NCBI GenBank assembly: GCA_032718475.1
Contig: JAUCBJ010000630.1
Coordinates: 56,937 to 120,936 of the forward strand
Direction of reading: 5' to 3'
Origin: Nemertoderma westbladi
Lineage: Eukaryota; Animalia; Xenacoelomorpha
Length of the DNA: 64,000 bases
Shown here: one piece after another, positions 61,527 to 64,000 of the stretch
Numbering within the stretch: position 1 is the stretch's first letter
Layout: the number at the start of each line of letters is the position of its first letter
Position numbers and translations under genes: made by a program
The notes under the pieces: generated by a model
Seen by the model: only the letters and a program-made list of their open reading frames with translations
What the model was told of the DNA's origin: nothing
Database searches by the model: none

Positions 61527-64000
61527 ACTGTTGTTTATCGAGGGAAGGAAAGTCTTTAGTCTCTCGATCTATTTAATTACCTGAACTTCTTCTTTCCCAC
61601 AAGGAAGAATAGACTAAATAAATTATATTAGGATTCGTTTTTTTAATAAATAACATTTTATTTTGTAATAGTTGTTACTATAAAAATTCTATAGTTTTAC
61701 TACCGGAAATATAAATATTTTTCCACTTAGGAGGCCCTATCCAACAATATTGTAGGAACAAACAAATGGAACTGATAAAGGAAGGTCGACCTACCTAGTG
61801 GACTTTTAGAATATTAATTTATACCTAATGTATAACTTATTTAATTTAGTATCAATAATTAATTAATAATAAAATATAATTTATGTAATTTATATATGAA
61901 GTTATCATTTGTGCCCGCTCCAGTTTAGTAACACATTGACAATACGTTGTCAGTGTGTTAGATCGATCATTTTATGATTGATTATAATACCCCATTAAAC
62001 GTAATCTTAAAAACCCGCATATCATCGGTGTAGTCACATAACTTACCCCAAGTTCACATATCTATCTCAATTATTTACAGTAACTTCGTCAATTTCGATC
62101 TTTCCTTTATCCTCTGGAGTTCCATTCACAGCAAGAAATTCAGTTTTCTTTTGATTTACAATCATACCAGACTGGGCGCGAAAATGTAACACAATCAAAT
62201 GTCTTTATGAAATTTTCGCAAGAGGTCAGAAAAATAACAGTGTCTTCCATAAACAACATTATGTGAAGGGCTTTCAATCTACCACCATCGTCGTTTACAG
62301 CTTTAACCATCTAAACGCACGAACTATATTGAAACATACAGAAACTGAACTGGAAGCTGGCCATTGTACAAATAAATGTCACCCACAAAAGTAAAATAGT
62401 TGAAAAACTTATAGCTGCTAGCATTCTACGCTAGAAAGCAATAATAGGGCCTAATGTCCTGCCTGATTCTATACATTCTTTTGTAGTTTATGCTGTTTAT
62501 GCGTTTGCCGTAGAGGTTTGAACACTGCCAGGAAAATCTAATGACACAGAGCTTATGTAATATTCCAATAATGGCCTCTCTTCTTTTACACCAACATACT
62601 TAAACGTGGGTTTTTTAAATGTCGATGGACTAATTTCGAAATTAGGTGATCCTAACTTCCTGAAGCTCGTTAGTAAATATGACCTATTTATCTGCGCTGA
62701 AACCTGGTTGAACCCTAACTTTGTTCACAGTGTTGATATTCTTGGTTACACATTTTTTGTAAATTGTCGTAAATTAAAGCATAAAAGTGCGACAAAGCAT
62801 AAAAACGTTTTAGTGGTGGAATAATTATTATATATTATAAGCAGGAATTAAGCGCCTTTATCACATTGGAGGATATTTTCTCTCATGAAGACATACCCTG
62901 GCTTAGAGCTGGTCAAAGTCTACTAATATGTGCACTGTGCTGTGCAGTATATATTCCCGCCTTCAAAATCGGCTGCACAAGAAAGTGATCCCATATCAAA
63001 CTTCGATTTTATCGAGAATACTATTAGTGCTATAAGTGCTATTTATTCTGAAAATTTGTTAATTGTAGGTGAACTAAAAGCAAGAACAGGCACTATAAAT
63101 GATTATAATGATAATGATTCGCTGGGCCGCTAATGAATGAATCGAACTAATCGAATGAATCTACTGGAATTGGAATATTTACCGGATAACTACGTATGTG
63201 ACTACTTAGACCTTGCAACAAGTTGTGTACAGTCTAGTAGAGTAAATAAGGACATAGTAGTCAATACATATGGTCATAGACTTTTAGCCTTATGTATTGC
63301 TTCAGGTATAAGAATATTTAATGGCCGAATTGGCAGTGATAAATCTGTTGGTAATTTTACTTCCTTTTACCCCCATGGAAACGAGACTATGTCTCATGAG
63401 GTTATCCCCGACATCATTATCTTTTGCTCTGTACCGTTAACCGTTATCATTCCGCGCCCGTATGTATGCTCCCTGTGCGCTTTCCTGTGCTTCCTATGCG
63501 CCTGTATGTTCCCCTTTTTTAATATTTGTAATTATATCCACATCTACATCATCATGATTCTTTTTAGTGTGCACTCCCATAAAAACTTATTTGTTCAAAC
63601 CAAACCGTTTCTCATCTATTGTTTTTAGTATACAATACCATAATTTTAAAGACCTATAGCTACACCTTACCGTAATCTAATATCCCAAACGATAAAACCG
63701 AATATTTTACAGTGTAGGCCTACTATAATTAATTATAATAATGAATAAATTTGTAAATACTTGTTTCAGTTTCGATTGTACTGTTGTGTGTAACGTTTAA
63801 CGTATAGCCTATGTTTTTAATATTTTTACTGTATTTTGATGTCAATAAACAATTCCAATTCCAATTCCTAATCCTCCATTCCTTTTCCCCCCAAGAAAGG
63901 AGACCTCGGTATACCAACAAACTATCGTGGGATCTGTCTGCTTGTGGTAGCTGCCAAAATATACAATAAAATGATTCTATATAGGATTAGGCCTCACATA

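Overview
Eukaryotic (probably marine invertebrate) genomic DNA, AT-rich and repeat-dense; all calls were made by eye from the sequence and ORF track. (1) 139-19682: an 11-exon (in window) CNBD2-like cyclic-nucleotide-binding gene on +. Its introns hold minisatellites whose units are copies of the gene's own exon ends plus splice sites (three donor arrays, one acceptor array), plus an inverted pair of identical tRNA-Gln(CTG) genes. (2) From about 19.6 kb to the end: a local segmental duplication, with about three variably deleted copies of a unit containing tRNA-Gln, an L2 remnant, a foldback element, PRDM9 and LINE remnants. The last copy holds an apparently complete PRDM9-like gene (KRAB-like, SSXRD, PR/SET with three catalytic Tyr, C2H2 array). 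Its only apparent intron coincides with a TIR-bounded DNA element. An earlier copy keeps only the zinc fingers, which differ mostly at DNA-contact residues. (3) A very young 10.6-kb BEL/Pao LTR element (29225-39831) lacks RT but carries an extra ORF for a DEDD-type 3'-5' exonuclease plus tandem CCHC knuckles. An older relative (46627-50487, minus) is interrupted by a Gypsy remnant. Many MITEs, SINEs and LINE fragments are also present.
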